Below, one piece after another: positions 1 to 12,259 of a stretch of DNA of 64,000 nt; within the stretch, counting starts at the first letter, position 1, and every line of letters begins with the position of its first letter. A program made the position numbers and the translations under genes. This stretch comes from Patescibacteria group bacterium (GTDB lineage Bacteria; Patescibacteriota; WWE3; UBA101185; 2-01-FULL-41-18): positions 32 to 64,031 of the forward strand of contig JBBTST010000012.1 in NCBI GenBank assembly GCA_038064575.1, written 5' to 3'. The notes beneath the pieces were generated by a model. That model did no database searches. It had not been told where the DNA came from and saw only the letters and a program-made list of their open reading frames with translations.

Positions 1-1213
<1,213 letters not shown>

Positions 1214-1420
1214 ATTACGAATATCTCACCTAACTCTTGCGAGTTTTGGTAAGATTGATTACCTTGAAAATTGTTTTAGAAAAACAATTTTAATTTGTTT
1301 TGAATTGAATCATATTCAGTTTTCAAGGTGCGAAGTCATTAGAAAATAGCTGTTTTGGGATTCGACTATCTGCAGCGCGCTCACGCGCGAAGCCAGGAGA
1401 AGACCAAAACAGACATTTTC

Positions 1421-1497
1421 TGGTGGACCCAAGGAGACTCGAACTCCTCACCTTCGCGATGCAAACGCGACGCTCTAGCCAGATGAGCTATGGGCCC
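1421..1497 (-). tRNA. tRNA-Ala(TGC)
   Basis: GGGCCCA...TGGGTCCACCA cloverleaf, G3-U70 pair, anticodon TGC, encoded CCA. Confidence 0.97.
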
Positions 1498-1622
1498 ATT
1501 TATCTCCTGCCCATCTTACCAAAACTATTAAAATCAACTAATTAGAGCTTCTATAAAAGAAGATAATTTAAAGTGACCTAAGGCTTACGCTTTAGGCGAA
1601 TATTTTCCATCCCGTGACAGGT

Positions 1623-1651
1623 AAATTAACACTTTAAAAACAGGCAGTCAA
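1623..1651 (-). promoter_or_regulatory. Putative sigma70 promoter for tRNA-Ala/23S
   Basis: TTGACT-17 nt-TAATTT with TGn extension on the minus strand. Confidence 0.55.
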
Positions 1652-1826
1652 GAGCTAAAGATGGGGCACAAAAAGACCCAGTTGCTATTTGACTTATAGG
1701 ATCACCATGCTAACCTCTTGGGAAAAGGAGAACGGACAAATGAATGTAACAATAGTTCTTCAGCTATCCTTATGCTAAAATTTGGCGGCAAACATTAGAA
1801 AAGTAACTCTAAAGTTTGCCTCTCAC

Positions 1827-1903
1827 GGGCGAATAGCTCAGGTGGTTAGAGCGCGTCTCTGATAAAGACGAGGTCCATGGTTCGAGTCCATGTTCGCCCA
1901 CCA
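1827..1903 (+). tRNA. tRNA-Ile(GAT)
   Basis: GGGCGAA...TTCGCCCACCA cloverleaf, anticodon loop CTGATAA; opposite strand to the rRNAs. Confidence 0.97.
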
Positions 1904-1993
1904 AAAAGTCCCAAACACGCAATTAAGTTAAATATGTCCGTAACTTCTACACATACTTGATTAGGGAGTATAACTGGGACTATTATGTGACTA

Positions 1994-2548
1994 ATGGTTA
2001 AGAAGCAATACCTTTTAGTGCTAGTCTTACTCTGTATCATCCTAACCGGAGTATTTCTGACTCTTCCAAAATTGTATTCAAAACCGGAGGGCACTGAGAA
2101 GCCAAAGATACAAGAAGATAATGAAATTAGGTTGGAGAACCCGAATGGAATATACAAAATACAAAAAAGCGGAAAAGTTTACCTTCTCACATTTTACCCA
2201 ACTGGAACCAAAGGAGTGGCAACTAGCATATATATAAACAATTCTCCTATGGATCTTTCAAGCTTTGTTGGAAAGCAAGTTAAAGTTATGGGTGTTTTTG
2301 TTGAGGTAGAAAAAGAAGTGGAGTGCATAATGGCCCCATGTAACCCAATAAAACAGACAGTCTTAAATATTACCAGTATCAAGGAAGAAATTGTTGGTGA
2401 AAATGAGAACCAATTAACGTACCAGTGCCCACTAAACGGATGGATTGATTGCATGCCAACAATAAGGGCTTCTAAAACATACTGCAACCCCGAATACATT
2501 GATTGGGCCAAAAGCAATTGCCCAGATTTCAAAGGTGTTGCTTATTAA
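1994..2548 (+). CDS. Membrane-anchored exported protein with Cys-rich C-terminus
   Basis: 184-aa ORF, N-terminal hydrophobic helix, CIMAPC motif and 4-Cys C-terminal module. Confidence 0.75.
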   Translation: MVKKQYLLVLVLLCIILTGVFLTLPKLYSKPEGTEKPKIQEDNEIRLENPNGIYKIQKSGKVYLLTFYPTGTKGVATSIYINNSPMDLSSFVGKQVKVMGVFVEVEKEVECIMAPCNPIKQTVLNITSIKEEIVGENENQLTYQCPLNGWIDCMPTIRASKTYCNPEYIDWAKSNCPDFKGVAY

Positions 2549-2631
2549 TTTTTTAATTCCAAACACTAAATATAGTTGACGATCAATAAGACACTGTGCT
2601 GTACTATAATAGGTACACAACCAACAAAGTT

Positions 2632-4686
2632 ATGTCTAACATCCAAAACAAACAAAAAGGCTTTCTTCTCCTTTTTATCCCAATAATAGTAGGCCTGTTA
2701 AGTCTTATTTTAACTTTTGTAACTATATATGTAGGCAGAAATAAAGCCTCAAAAAACCTCTCGGTTGAAACATACAATCAAAGTCAAATTGCAGGCGCAA
2801 CTACTAACACTGTTACATATTCATTGCAAACCAGAGACAGCCTTGCCAGTCAAGATGGCAGCATACTGGATCTGGTTTCCCCAAACACTTGGGTTGGAAC
2901 AGGATCTGATATTAACAATTCCTTTCTGGCACTTTTTCTCAAGGGCCAAAGCATACCTCAGAAGTCAACAATCACTTCAGCTAAACTTTTTGTAACGGCA
3001 AGCTCTACCCAATGGATTAAGATTGGATTAATAGTATCCGCAGAAAAAACTCTTAATCCAGAGCCTTACTCAAAAACAAACCCACCATCTGCAAGGAGTG
3101 TAACGGATCAAAATGTAACTATTACGGAAGATGTTAAATGGGAAAAGGATTTAAAATATTTTATTGAGGCTACCACCCCTGTTAACAATCTTATAACTCA
3201 AACAGGAAATAAAGGGGTAATAGCACTTATCATTAAAGGTAACCCAGCTTACAGGTGGGGAAGAAAGTCCATTTATGCTACAGGTAATAAAGCACCGTAC
3301 TTGGTGATAACTTACACAACAGCAGCAGATTCTCCACCGGTTGTTAGCGATACCACTCCACCACAAGTGACTATTACAAGTCCACTGGAAGGCGCTACGC
3401 TTTCAGGAGTGACCAGCATCAAAGCCAATGCCATGGATGAGAGCGGTATTGCAAAAGTTGAGTTTTATGTTGGAAGCGTTTTAAACTCCACAGATACTAC
3501 AACTCCTTACTCTTATGACTTTGATACTGCCAAAGTACCAAATGGCCCACACAAACTAAGAGCTAAAGCTTATGATTCAAAAGGTAATTTGGCAGAGTCC
3601 TTTGTAAATGTTACTATCAGCAACTTGTCAGGAGGTATCACCCCGCCGCAGCCACCCCCTCTAACAGGCACTATTTGGGGGGCTGTCGCCTCAGATATTC
3701 TGGGAACATGCACACAAGCTACTCATGACAGATATGTAGAACAAGGGGATGATGGGGTGCTGTACAGAACCTGGCACCCGCAGGAGACAGTTGTAGCTTT
3801 AAATAACCCATCAGGAACAAAGTGCAAGTTTGCTCATGAACATGGTGATGATCCTACCACTGTTAAAAACAACGCAATTGCTGCATCTTTGGTAAAATTT
3901 GGGTTCATTGGAAAAAAACACACTACAGCAACAGAACCAAACGGTCATGAAGAAGCGCATGAAGGTTTTAAAGTTTTTGTAGCCAACAAGGGACAAACAA
4001 ATGATGAAGGAAGAGTACATCTTCATGATTCAAGGTTAGTATTTCACATGGGAACGGGCGGAGTAAAAAGGTATGATACCCAAGCTCACTCCATGGAGTT
4101 TAGGATTTTAACAAATGACGGCAGAAAGATGTTTGTCCAAGCTATGGCGGATAGCGGTAAGGTTGGCAGTATCTGCCAAAGGGACAAATCGCTGTCCGAT
4201 TCCGACCCAACCAACGATATAGGAAGATCTGTTATGGTTCTTGATGAAACTTGCAAGAGGGATTCGCTATATGAGATTTGGTCAAATAGTGTGCGAATAA
4301 AAAATGTGAATGGAAGTGTTGTTGGTCTTGCGCAAGCCTCGACCGCAGTGTTTGATCCAATTACCATAATGGACCCGGCAAATCATACAAGACTTGTGTA
4401 TATGTGGGCGGAAGAAGCAGACAAAAGTCTAAACTTTCCAAATAATGATAGAAGTTATGTAAGAGGCTGCGTTAGGGAATCTTATTCAGGTCCGGTAAAT
4501 TGGTATAATTCAGGGGGAAAGGATGTGTATTACTCAGATGCCATGGGTAGGGAAATGTCAGGAGGGAAGCTAAGACAGGAAATCTCCCTTCATGGATATA
4601 AAAACTTTGTAGCCACAAATGACGGCCTTAGCCAATTTAAGCTAAAGAAAAGTTTTTGTGCGTCAGGTCTTGGATACAAAAATTAA
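2632..4686 (+). CDS. Large surface protein with bacterial Ig-like domain and His-rich C-terminal domain
   Basis: QKGF-hydrophobic N-terminus; DTTPPQVTITSP...AKVEFYVG...AKAYDSKGN Ig-like domain; HEHG/EAHEG/HMG motifs; ATG 2632 preferred over upstream GTG. Confidence 0.8.
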   Translation: MSNIQNKQKGFLLLFIPIIVGLLSLILTFVTIYVGRNKASKNLSVETYNQSQIAGATTNTVTYSLQTRDSLASQDGSILDLVSPNTWVGTGSDINNSFLALFLKGQSIPQKSTITSAKLFVTASSTQWIKIGLIVSAEKTLNPEPYSKTNPPSARSVTDQNVTITEDVKWEKDLKYFIEATTPVNNLITQTGNKGVIALIIKGNPAYRWGRKSIYATGNKAPYLVITYTTAADSPPVVSDTTPPQVTITSPLEGATLSGVTSIKANAMDESGIAKVEFYVGSVLNSTDTTTPYSYDFDTAKVPNGPHKLRAKAYDSKGNLAESFVNVTISNLSGGITPPQPPPLTGTIWGAVASDILGTCTQATHDRYVEQGDDGVLYRTWHPQETVVALNNPSGTKCKFAHEHGDDPTTVKNNAIAASLVKFGFIGKKHTTATEPNGHEEAHEGFKVFVANKGQTNDEGRVHLHDSRLVFHMGTGGVKRYDTQAHSMEFRILTNDGRKMFVQAMADSGKVGSICQRDKSLSDSDPTNDIGRSVMVLDETCKRDSLYEIWSNSVRIKNVNGSVVGLAQASTAVFDPITIMDPANHTRLVYMWAEEADKSLNFPNNDRSYVRGCVRESYSGPVNWYNSGGKDVYYSDAMGREMSGGKLRQEISLHGYKNFVATNDGLSQFKLKKSFCASGLGYKN

Positions 4687-5637
4687 CTACTGCTTTTCAG
4701 TGGATAGAGCCTCCACAAGCTCCTGCATAGGAGAGGCGCCCGTTTTAACTGGTAGAGCATCACTATTGGAATCAGCAACTTGATTTTCATAGGCAACCCC
4801 ATTTCTACTGAAGGGGAGCCCTTCTCCATTTTTAACTTCATACAGTTTTTTATCTGCCACTTTAACAGCCTCTTCATATGAATTTCTTGCCGACTTATCT
4901 TCTGAAAAACTAACACCTGATAATCCGCAACTAAATGTATTTTGTAAAAGGGCTACCTTATCAGGTTCGTCTTTGAATACAGCCTTAAGGTTTTCTCTAA
5001 ACTTGATAAAAATTCTAGGTATTACTTTTTCTGAAATTAGCTTTGGATCAGAACCTAAATAAATTGCCATAAATTCTTCTCCTCCATATCTAAAACCCTC
5101 ATGTTTCTCCTGACCGGCTTCTGCAAGGGCCTGGTCCACATTTTTAGCCCCTTCCGCTTCATCCTTTTTCCCAAGGGATAAAAAAATATCGGCATCCCTT
5201 GCCGATTCTGCTATTGCAGTTGAAAAACATCTCAACACTTTGTCGCCTACTTCATGCCCATAGGTATCGTTTACTTTTTTAAATTCATCTAAATCAAACA
5301 TGGCAACAGTTGCGGGAATAGCGGACCTTTTTGCTATTTCAAATACTTTATCCAAAGCAATCTTTGTTTCTTCATTATGGTACAGCTTAAGACCCGTTAG
5401 TCCATCTATTCCTACTTTTTCTGAAAGTTCCTGCTTTTCCTTTTTTAGATCATCTACAGTTTGCAACAAATCTCTAACTTGTGCAGAGGATTCTTCAAGT
5501 CTTCTTTTTACCATCTCTTTAGTTTCAACCACACCTTGGGCTTTAGGATCAGATCTAAGCTGCGTTTGAATAGCCTCATCCAAAACATCTCCACCAAGAG
5601 AGTCATCATACATTTTCATTGCGTCTTCAGCACTCAT
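4687..5637 (-). CDS. Diguanylate cyclase (GGDEF domain) with N-terminal coiled coil
   Basis: DGLTGL, DLDEFKKVNDTYGHEVGD, RYGGEEF, ADKKLYEVK motifs. Confidence 0.92.
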   Translation of the reverse strand: MSAEDAMKMYDDSLGGDVLDEAIQTQLRSDPKAQGVVETKEMVKRRLEESSAQVRDLLQTVDDLKKEKQELSEKVGIDGLTGLKLYHNEETKIALDKVFEIAKRSAIPATVAMFDLDEFKKVNDTYGHEVGDKVLRCFSTAIAESARDADIFLSLGKKDEAEGAKNVDQALAEAGQEKHEGFRYGGEEFMAIYLGSDPKLISEKVIPRIFIKFRENLKAVFKDEPDKVALLQNTFSCGLSGVSFSEDKSARNSYEEAVKVADKKLYEVKNGEGLPFSRNGVAYENQVADSNSDALPVKTGASPMQELVEALSTEKQ

Positions 5638-5915
5638 AGAGAAATTAAAACAGAAACTTAAGATAGATTAAACGGGCTAATTAAAGAACTCTTTTAAATG
5701 GGATCTATTTGTCAAAAAAGCGGAAAGAACATCGTTTTGGGCTTTAAAGCTTAAACCCTAACTTGCTCAACCTTTTTACTGTGAAAATAAAAAGTTACGT
5801 ACAAAGTTTTATGAGCTGCTCAAACTTTGACGGATTTTTGCGCTTTAAAATAACCTTCCCGTACGCAAAGGCACGGCCCATACGTTATTTTGCCAAACAT
5901 CAATTTTTTCTCCCT

Positions 5916-7357
<1,442 letters not shown>

Positions 7358-7533
7358 GTTCTTTCCACTTTTCTGACAATCTTTAACTGTTTTACCAAAT
7401 TAAAGATGTGTAAAAGCATATCTTTATTAGCTAATTTTGAATTATTCAAATTTCAAAGGGCGGATATGCCAAAAATCTAAAAAAGATTAAGAGCATAAAA
7501 ACAAAAAGGCCTAGTTAGCCTTTTGCATGCTCA

Positions 7534-7562
7534 AACTTACCAATAACCCTTGGCCTTGTCAA
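7534..7562 (-). promoter_or_regulatory. Putative 16S rRNA promoter
   Basis: TTGACA-17 nt-TAAGTT with TGn; boxA-like CTTTGAAA follows near 7450-7458. Confidence 0.65.
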
Positions 7563-7652
7563 CAGCATAGTAACAATATATTAATACGGGAAATAATAAA
7601 TTGGTTCTCTTAGAAAAACCCGTGTGTTATTATCAGATCTGCTAGAAATATT

Positions 7653-8060
7653 ATGACCTCGGATGAAATGGCAACTAAGTCAATAGCCGAACAACTCAAA
7701 TCCGATCTTGGGAGTTTATTAAGTAAAGGAGATACACCAGTAGCATTTGAGTTAATTGATTTACTGGATACAGGGGAGGTGGAAATAAGTGAGACTGGGG
7801 AAACCTTCAGACTGCCAGAACAAATAACAGGCTTACAAAGAGCAAACACACTATTCTTAATTACCCAGGGTTTTTCCAATAAGGATGTACCAAAAATAGA
7901 GGCAGCTGTAAATGACTTAAGAGATAATTTGGGGGGTCTTGGAGTAGGAATTCCAGAAGGAAACTTTAAAACGCCAAAGGATGCAAGAGGACTGCAGAGC
8001 AAATCTTTTTTAGCCGCAGCCAGAAATACTATTAGAGATGCTGTGATTGATAAAATTTAA
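7653..8060 (+). CDS. Hypothetical protein
   Basis: 135-aa ORF with protein-like composition; no motif recognised. Confidence 0.65.
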   Translation: MTSDEMATKSIAEQLKSDLGSLLSKGDTPVAFELIDLLDTGEVEISETGETFRLPEQITGLQRANTLFLITQGFSNKDVPKIEAAVNDLRDNLGGLGVGIPEGNFKTPKDARGLQSKSFLAAARNTIRDAVIDKI

Positions 8061-8139
8061 CGCCTTGAGCCAATCAACCATTATATATTATAATAATCAT
8101 TGTTGATTAATTAGTGCCGTTATATTATAATAAGGTCCG

Positions 8140-10530
8140 TTGCATAGATATCTGGTTCTAAAAATCCTAAAGTACTTCCTGTTTTATTTTGCACTCCTAC
8201 TAGTAGTATCCAAAAATGTTTTTGCCTCTGATATAACTTCCTGGAAACCTGCAAATTCCCCTTCAGCCAGAATTGACTCTTTACTAACTACTCCTTACAG
8301 CCTGTTTGCCGGGGAATACAATCCAATCTTTCAATTCCCAAAGCCTTTCAACGGAGTATATATTTCAAAAGATCACGGTCAGTCCTGGAACCAATCAGGA
8401 CTTAAAGATAAAGGTGTAACAGGTTTGGCATATGATGGGACTGCAATTTATGCTTCAGCTTATTTTTCCGGGATCACACCCTCAGGAGTTTGGAAATCTT
8501 TTGACATGGGAAAATCCTGGACTCATTCGGGCTTAACTTTTTCAGGCTTATCAATTTCTGCAACAGTTGAATTTATTTTATTTGGGACAACTTCAAACGG
8601 TCTTTACAGATCAGAAAACTATGGATCATCTTGGACCCAGGTAATAGGAAATGGCTTTTCTCCCGGCATAAAAAGTGTTTCAGCTGATGGAAATACGGCT
8701 TTGGCAGCGTCTACTGATAACACTGTCTTCATATCTAAAGATAACGGAAATACCTGGAACAAAATCCAAGAATTCAATGGTAAACAAATCTCCTCAGTTC
8801 TTGTCTTTGGTAAAACTCTTTTTATAGGAACAGGAAATTTTCAAGGTTTACATTTATCACAAAATGAAGGTGCTACCTGGGAGAAAGTAGCTTTCTTTGA
8901 AAATAAAGCTATTGGAATACTAAGCTTTTTTGATGAGGTACTTTATGTTGGGTCTTTTAGCCAAACACATAACACGTATGGTATCTTCAAATCCTCCGAT
9001 TTGGGAAAAACCTGGTTTGATGTATCACAAGGTTTAAACGACTTAAATTCAAATATTAAAGCAATTGCTGGTTTTTACTCATCTACGCCCAAACTTCTTA
9101 TTTCACAGATTGCAAAAGGTCTTAGCTTAAAAGAGGTTTCCAAAAAGCCTGTAGATTTACCTTTTTTGGATCTTCCTTGGAAATATCAAAGTTTCAAGAA
9201 AGACGCTTTAAAGATTTATTCTTATTTTGATCATAGTTATCCGTTTTTAGGCTATGGTTCGTTTTTGGAACCTAATAGTGAAAATACAAGCACTTACAAT
9301 TTTTTTGGGATCAAGGAGAAGGAACCTTTTCTTTGGTATTCTTCCCATAACGGAATAGATTTCACACTGCCTTATGATACTGAAATAGTTGCGCCTGCGG
9401 AGGGTTTTGCTACATATTCATACACAGAAGGCGGAGGAAACACCATAAAAATTAACCATGGCAATGGGTTTCAAAGCTGGTTTATGCATCTTCAAAAAAA
9501 GGGTCTTGCCGTGAGTGCCCCTAACACACCAATTTTTGTAAACAAGCTAGATAGAGTTGGTTATGTAGGTTTGAGCGGAAATACCACAGGTCCTCACCTT
9601 CACTTTTCTGTTCTAAAAGATAAGAATGCTAATCTTAAATTTGATGATTTTCCCGATGGACTTGTAGATCCATATGGATGGCAGTCAATCAGGCAGGATC
9701 CGTGGAAAGTATTTTCATGGCTTGATCTCACTGGTTCTCACACAGGTTCTGAGAGTTCATATCTTTGGACTCAAAACCTTGATGAAAAAAAAGAAGTATT
9801 TCCAAATTTTGCCTACACTCTAACTTTAGATGAAGTAAGTTTAACTTTCCCTGAAAACTTCATAGACTCATCCGCAACTATAACCTTGAAAAAAATCCCT
9901 TTTGGCAGAGGGGGAGCAGCATTAGCAGATAACCAGGAACTAATAGCAGGTAGCACTTTTGAATTTAGGATAACTGACCTGCTTCAAAAAAATGTACAAA
10001 ACTTGGATAAAGAAACAGAGATAAGAGTTGGCTATTCAAGTCTAAACATTGACAATGTTAAAGAAGAAACCCTAAAACTTGTAAGGATAGAAGATGATGG
10101 AACACTTACACAACTGGTTTTCACTCTTAACTTAAATCAAAAAATACTTTCGGCCCTAACAAATGAAACCGGAATAGTTGCAATTATGGGAGAAAAGATA
10201 GACTATTACCCACCACAAACAACTATTCACTTTGACGGAGAAAGGGGAAATAATCCAGATGAGTTTATTAACAAAGTGTTGGTAAATTTTTCTGCAAAGG
10301 ACAACGGGCTACAACTGGAAAATTCAACATATGTTAGCCTTGATGGAAAAGATTTTGAAAAGTATCTTGAACCTTTAGTTATTACAAATGAGGGAGAAAC
10401 ACAAATTTTCTACAAATCCATAGACAAGTATGGAAATGGTGAAGAGGGAAAAAGCTCAAAAGTGTTTGTTACAAAAAGGGGGACCTATTACCAGGTAAAA
10501 ATTGAGCAAGCCAAATTTCAGACTAGATAG
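8140..10530 (+). CDS. Secreted M23 peptidase with N-terminal BNR/Asp-box propeller
   Basis: Signal peptide; repeated SxDxGxTW Asp boxes; HNGID and HLHF M23 zinc motifs. Confidence 0.85.
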   Translation: MHRYLVLKILKYFLFYFALLLVVSKNVFASDITSWKPANSPSARIDSLLTTPYSLFAGEYNPIFQFPKPFNGVYISKDHGQSWNQSGLKDKGVTGLAYDGTAIYASAYFSGITPSGVWKSFDMGKSWTHSGLTFSGLSISATVEFILFGTTSNGLYRSENYGSSWTQVIGNGFSPGIKSVSADGNTALAASTDNTVFISKDNGNTWNKIQEFNGKQISSVLVFGKTLFIGTGNFQGLHLSQNEGATWEKVAFFENKAIGILSFFDEVLYVGSFSQTHNTYGIFKSSDLGKTWFDVSQGLNDLNSNIKAIAGFYSSTPKLLISQIAKGLSLKEVSKKPVDLPFLDLPWKYQSFKKDALKIYSYFDHSYPFLGYGSFLEPNSENTSTYNFFGIKEKEPFLWYSSHNGIDFTLPYDTEIVAPAEGFATYSYTEGGGNTIKINHGNGFQSWFMHLQKKGLAVSAPNTPIFVNKLDRVGYVGLSGNTTGPHLHFSVLKDKNANLKFDDFPDGLVDPYGWQSIRQDPWKVFSWLDLTGSHTGSESSYLWTQNLDEKKEVFPNFAYTLTLDEVSLTFPENFIDSSATITLKKIPFGRGGAALADNQELIAGSTFEFRITDLLQKNVQNLDKETEIRVGYSSLNIDNVKEETLKLVRIEDDGTLTQLVFTLNLNQKILSALTNETGIVAIMGEKIDYYPPQTTIHFDGERGNNPDEFINKVLVNFSAKDNGLQLENSTYVSLDGKDFEKYLEPLVITNEGETQIFYKSIDKYGNGEEGKSSKVFVTKRGTYYQVKIEQAKFQTR

Positions 10531-10533
10531 TTG

Positions 10534-11610
10534 TTAGCGGATAATGCCCCCACCTAAAACCAAATCTTTTCTATAAAAGACTGCGCTTTGACCGGAAGCA
10601 ACACCTAACGCAAAGTCTTCAAGAGTTACAGAAGCAATATCATTAAATATCCGTATACGGCCCTTCATTTTCTCCCCAAGATTTCTTATTCTTATTTCAC
10701 AGTCAAATTGACTATTCATAAAAAGTTTCGTATTTTCCCTGTTAACAAAAACCAAGTCTGTTAAGTCAAATTCTTTTTTTTGCGAATCTTTACCAAAACC
10801 TACGGTAATGGTATTTTTGGCTACATCCTTTGAAATAACGTATGTTGGTATCCCCAAGTAGGTGTTTAATTTAAACCCATGTCTTTGACCGATTGTATAT
10901 AAGCAAGCTCCATCATGTTCTCCAATTACCTCCCCTTTAACATTCAAAACATTTCCCTTCTCAAGAGTTACATTTGATTTAATAAATTCCAGCACATTCA
11001 AGTTACCTGTGAAACAAATTCCTGTGCTGTCTTTTTTATTAAACACTGGTAGGTTGGCTTCCTTAGCAATTTTTCTTACTTCTGATTTTTCAAGTTCCCC
11101 TAAAGGAAATAGAACCTTTTTGAGTTTTTCCTCTGGAACTCTATACAAGAAATAGCTTTGGTCTTTTGTGATATCTACACCGGACAACAGGTTAGTACCT
11201 TCCCCACTAGTAGTTTTCAACCTGGCGTAGTGTCCCGTAGCTATATAATCAAATCCATAGTTTGTTGCCCAATCTAAAAAAAGGCCAAATTTAATATGTG
11301 TATTACACACAATATCTGGATTTGGTGTTCTACCTGCTTTAAGCTCTCGCCAAAAATAGTCAAGGACCATCCCCGCATACTCTTTCTCAAAGTTAAGCTC
11401 AGTAAACTTTATATTAAGCATACTTGCAACTTTCAGGGCATCTGCCCTATCCTCCCTCCCTTTACACCCGGGGTTGTCATAGTCCCAACATTGCAAGTGA
11501 ACGCCTGCAACATCATAACCTTCTCTCTTGAGTAGGAGTCCCGCAACAGAACTGTCAACACCACCAGACATACCAAGTGCAACTTTTAACTTTGACTTAG
11601 TGTTAGGCAT
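10534..11610 (-). CDS. mnmA: tRNA 2-thiouridine(34) synthase
   Basis: SGGVDS, TPNPDIVCN, ATGHYAR, KDQSYFL, DSTGICF. Confidence 0.96.
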   Translation of the reverse strand: MPNTKSKLKVALGMSGGVDSSVAGLLLKREGYDVAGVHLQCWDYDNPGCKGREDRADALKVASMLNIKFTELNFEKEYAGMVLDYFWRELKAGRTPNPDIVCNTHIKFGLFLDWATNYGFDYIATGHYARLKTTSGEGTNLLSGVDITKDQSYFLYRVPEEKLKKVLFPLGELEKSEVRKIAKEANLPVFNKKDSTGICFTGNLNVLEFIKSNVTLEKGNVLNVKGEVIGEHDGACLYTIGQRHGFKLNTYLGIPTYVISKDVAKNTITVGFGKDSQKKEFDLTDLVFVNRENTKLFMNSQFDCEIRIRNLGEKMKGRIRIFNDIASVTLEDFALGVASGQSAVFYRKDLVLGGGIIR

Positions 11611-11665
11611 AACTTATATAATCCAAATTTTAACACCCATGAAACGCGCGAATGACAAAACTTAG

Positions 11666-12202
11666 CTAAACACCTATAGTTGAAATAAGTTTCAGAGCCT
11701 CAAATGCATCATTATCACCCATCTTAAAAACTACTTCCTCAAGATTATTTAAAAGCTTAAGAACTGAGGGCTTAAGAGTTTCCTGAGGACCTTCAATCAA
11801 ATCTTTATTAAACTCTGTTTCAATGGCCGTTAATTCACTATCAAGTTTCTTTTTAGACTGAGGACTCAACTTTGATTTTTCAATTTCCATTTTGCTCTTT
11901 TTAACATTTTCTAAAACTAAATCTTTGTTCAAATATAAATCTGCACCATTCATAGAGGTCCTAATGAACATTTCATACTTATTTAAACTCTTCAAAATTG
12001 AGATTTTTTCCTGTGTAAATTCTTGAGAACTACGGCTGGCTTCAGAAGCAGAAACAGAAAAGATAGCTGTGATTTTTTCAATTAAAATATTAAGAAGGGT
12101 TTTTTCCTTCCGTAAAGGCAATAGGTCATCTGACGCCAAGGAATTACCTGCGGTGCTTGCTAGAACAAAGGTTAGAGCTATAGCCAAAGCAATTAGTCTC
12201 AT
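11666..12202 (-). CDS. Hypothetical exported helical protein
   Basis: Signal-peptide-like MRLIALAIAL...SLA; start uncertain. Confidence 0.6.
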   Translation of the reverse strand: MRLIALAIALTFVLASTAGNSLASDDLLPLRKEKTLLNILIEKITAIFSVSASEASRSSQEFTQEKISILKSLNKYEMFIRTSMNGADLYLNKDLVLENVKKSKMEIEKSKLSPQSKKKLDSELTAIETEFNKDLIEGPQETLKPSVLKLLNNLEEVVFKMGDNDAFEALKLISTIGV

Positions 12203-12259
12203 TTTCGTAAGGGGAAGTGTAGCAAAGATGTAGAGTTTTGGCAAATTTAAAGGTTTTAA

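Noticed and set aside
5780-5895. Hairpins upstream of the diguanylate cyclase with ACGCAAAG, suggestive of a c-di-GMP-I riboswitch
   Set aside because: The motif is on the wrong strand and lacks the GGCAAAC/GNRA arm; better explained as 16S trailer or terminator structure
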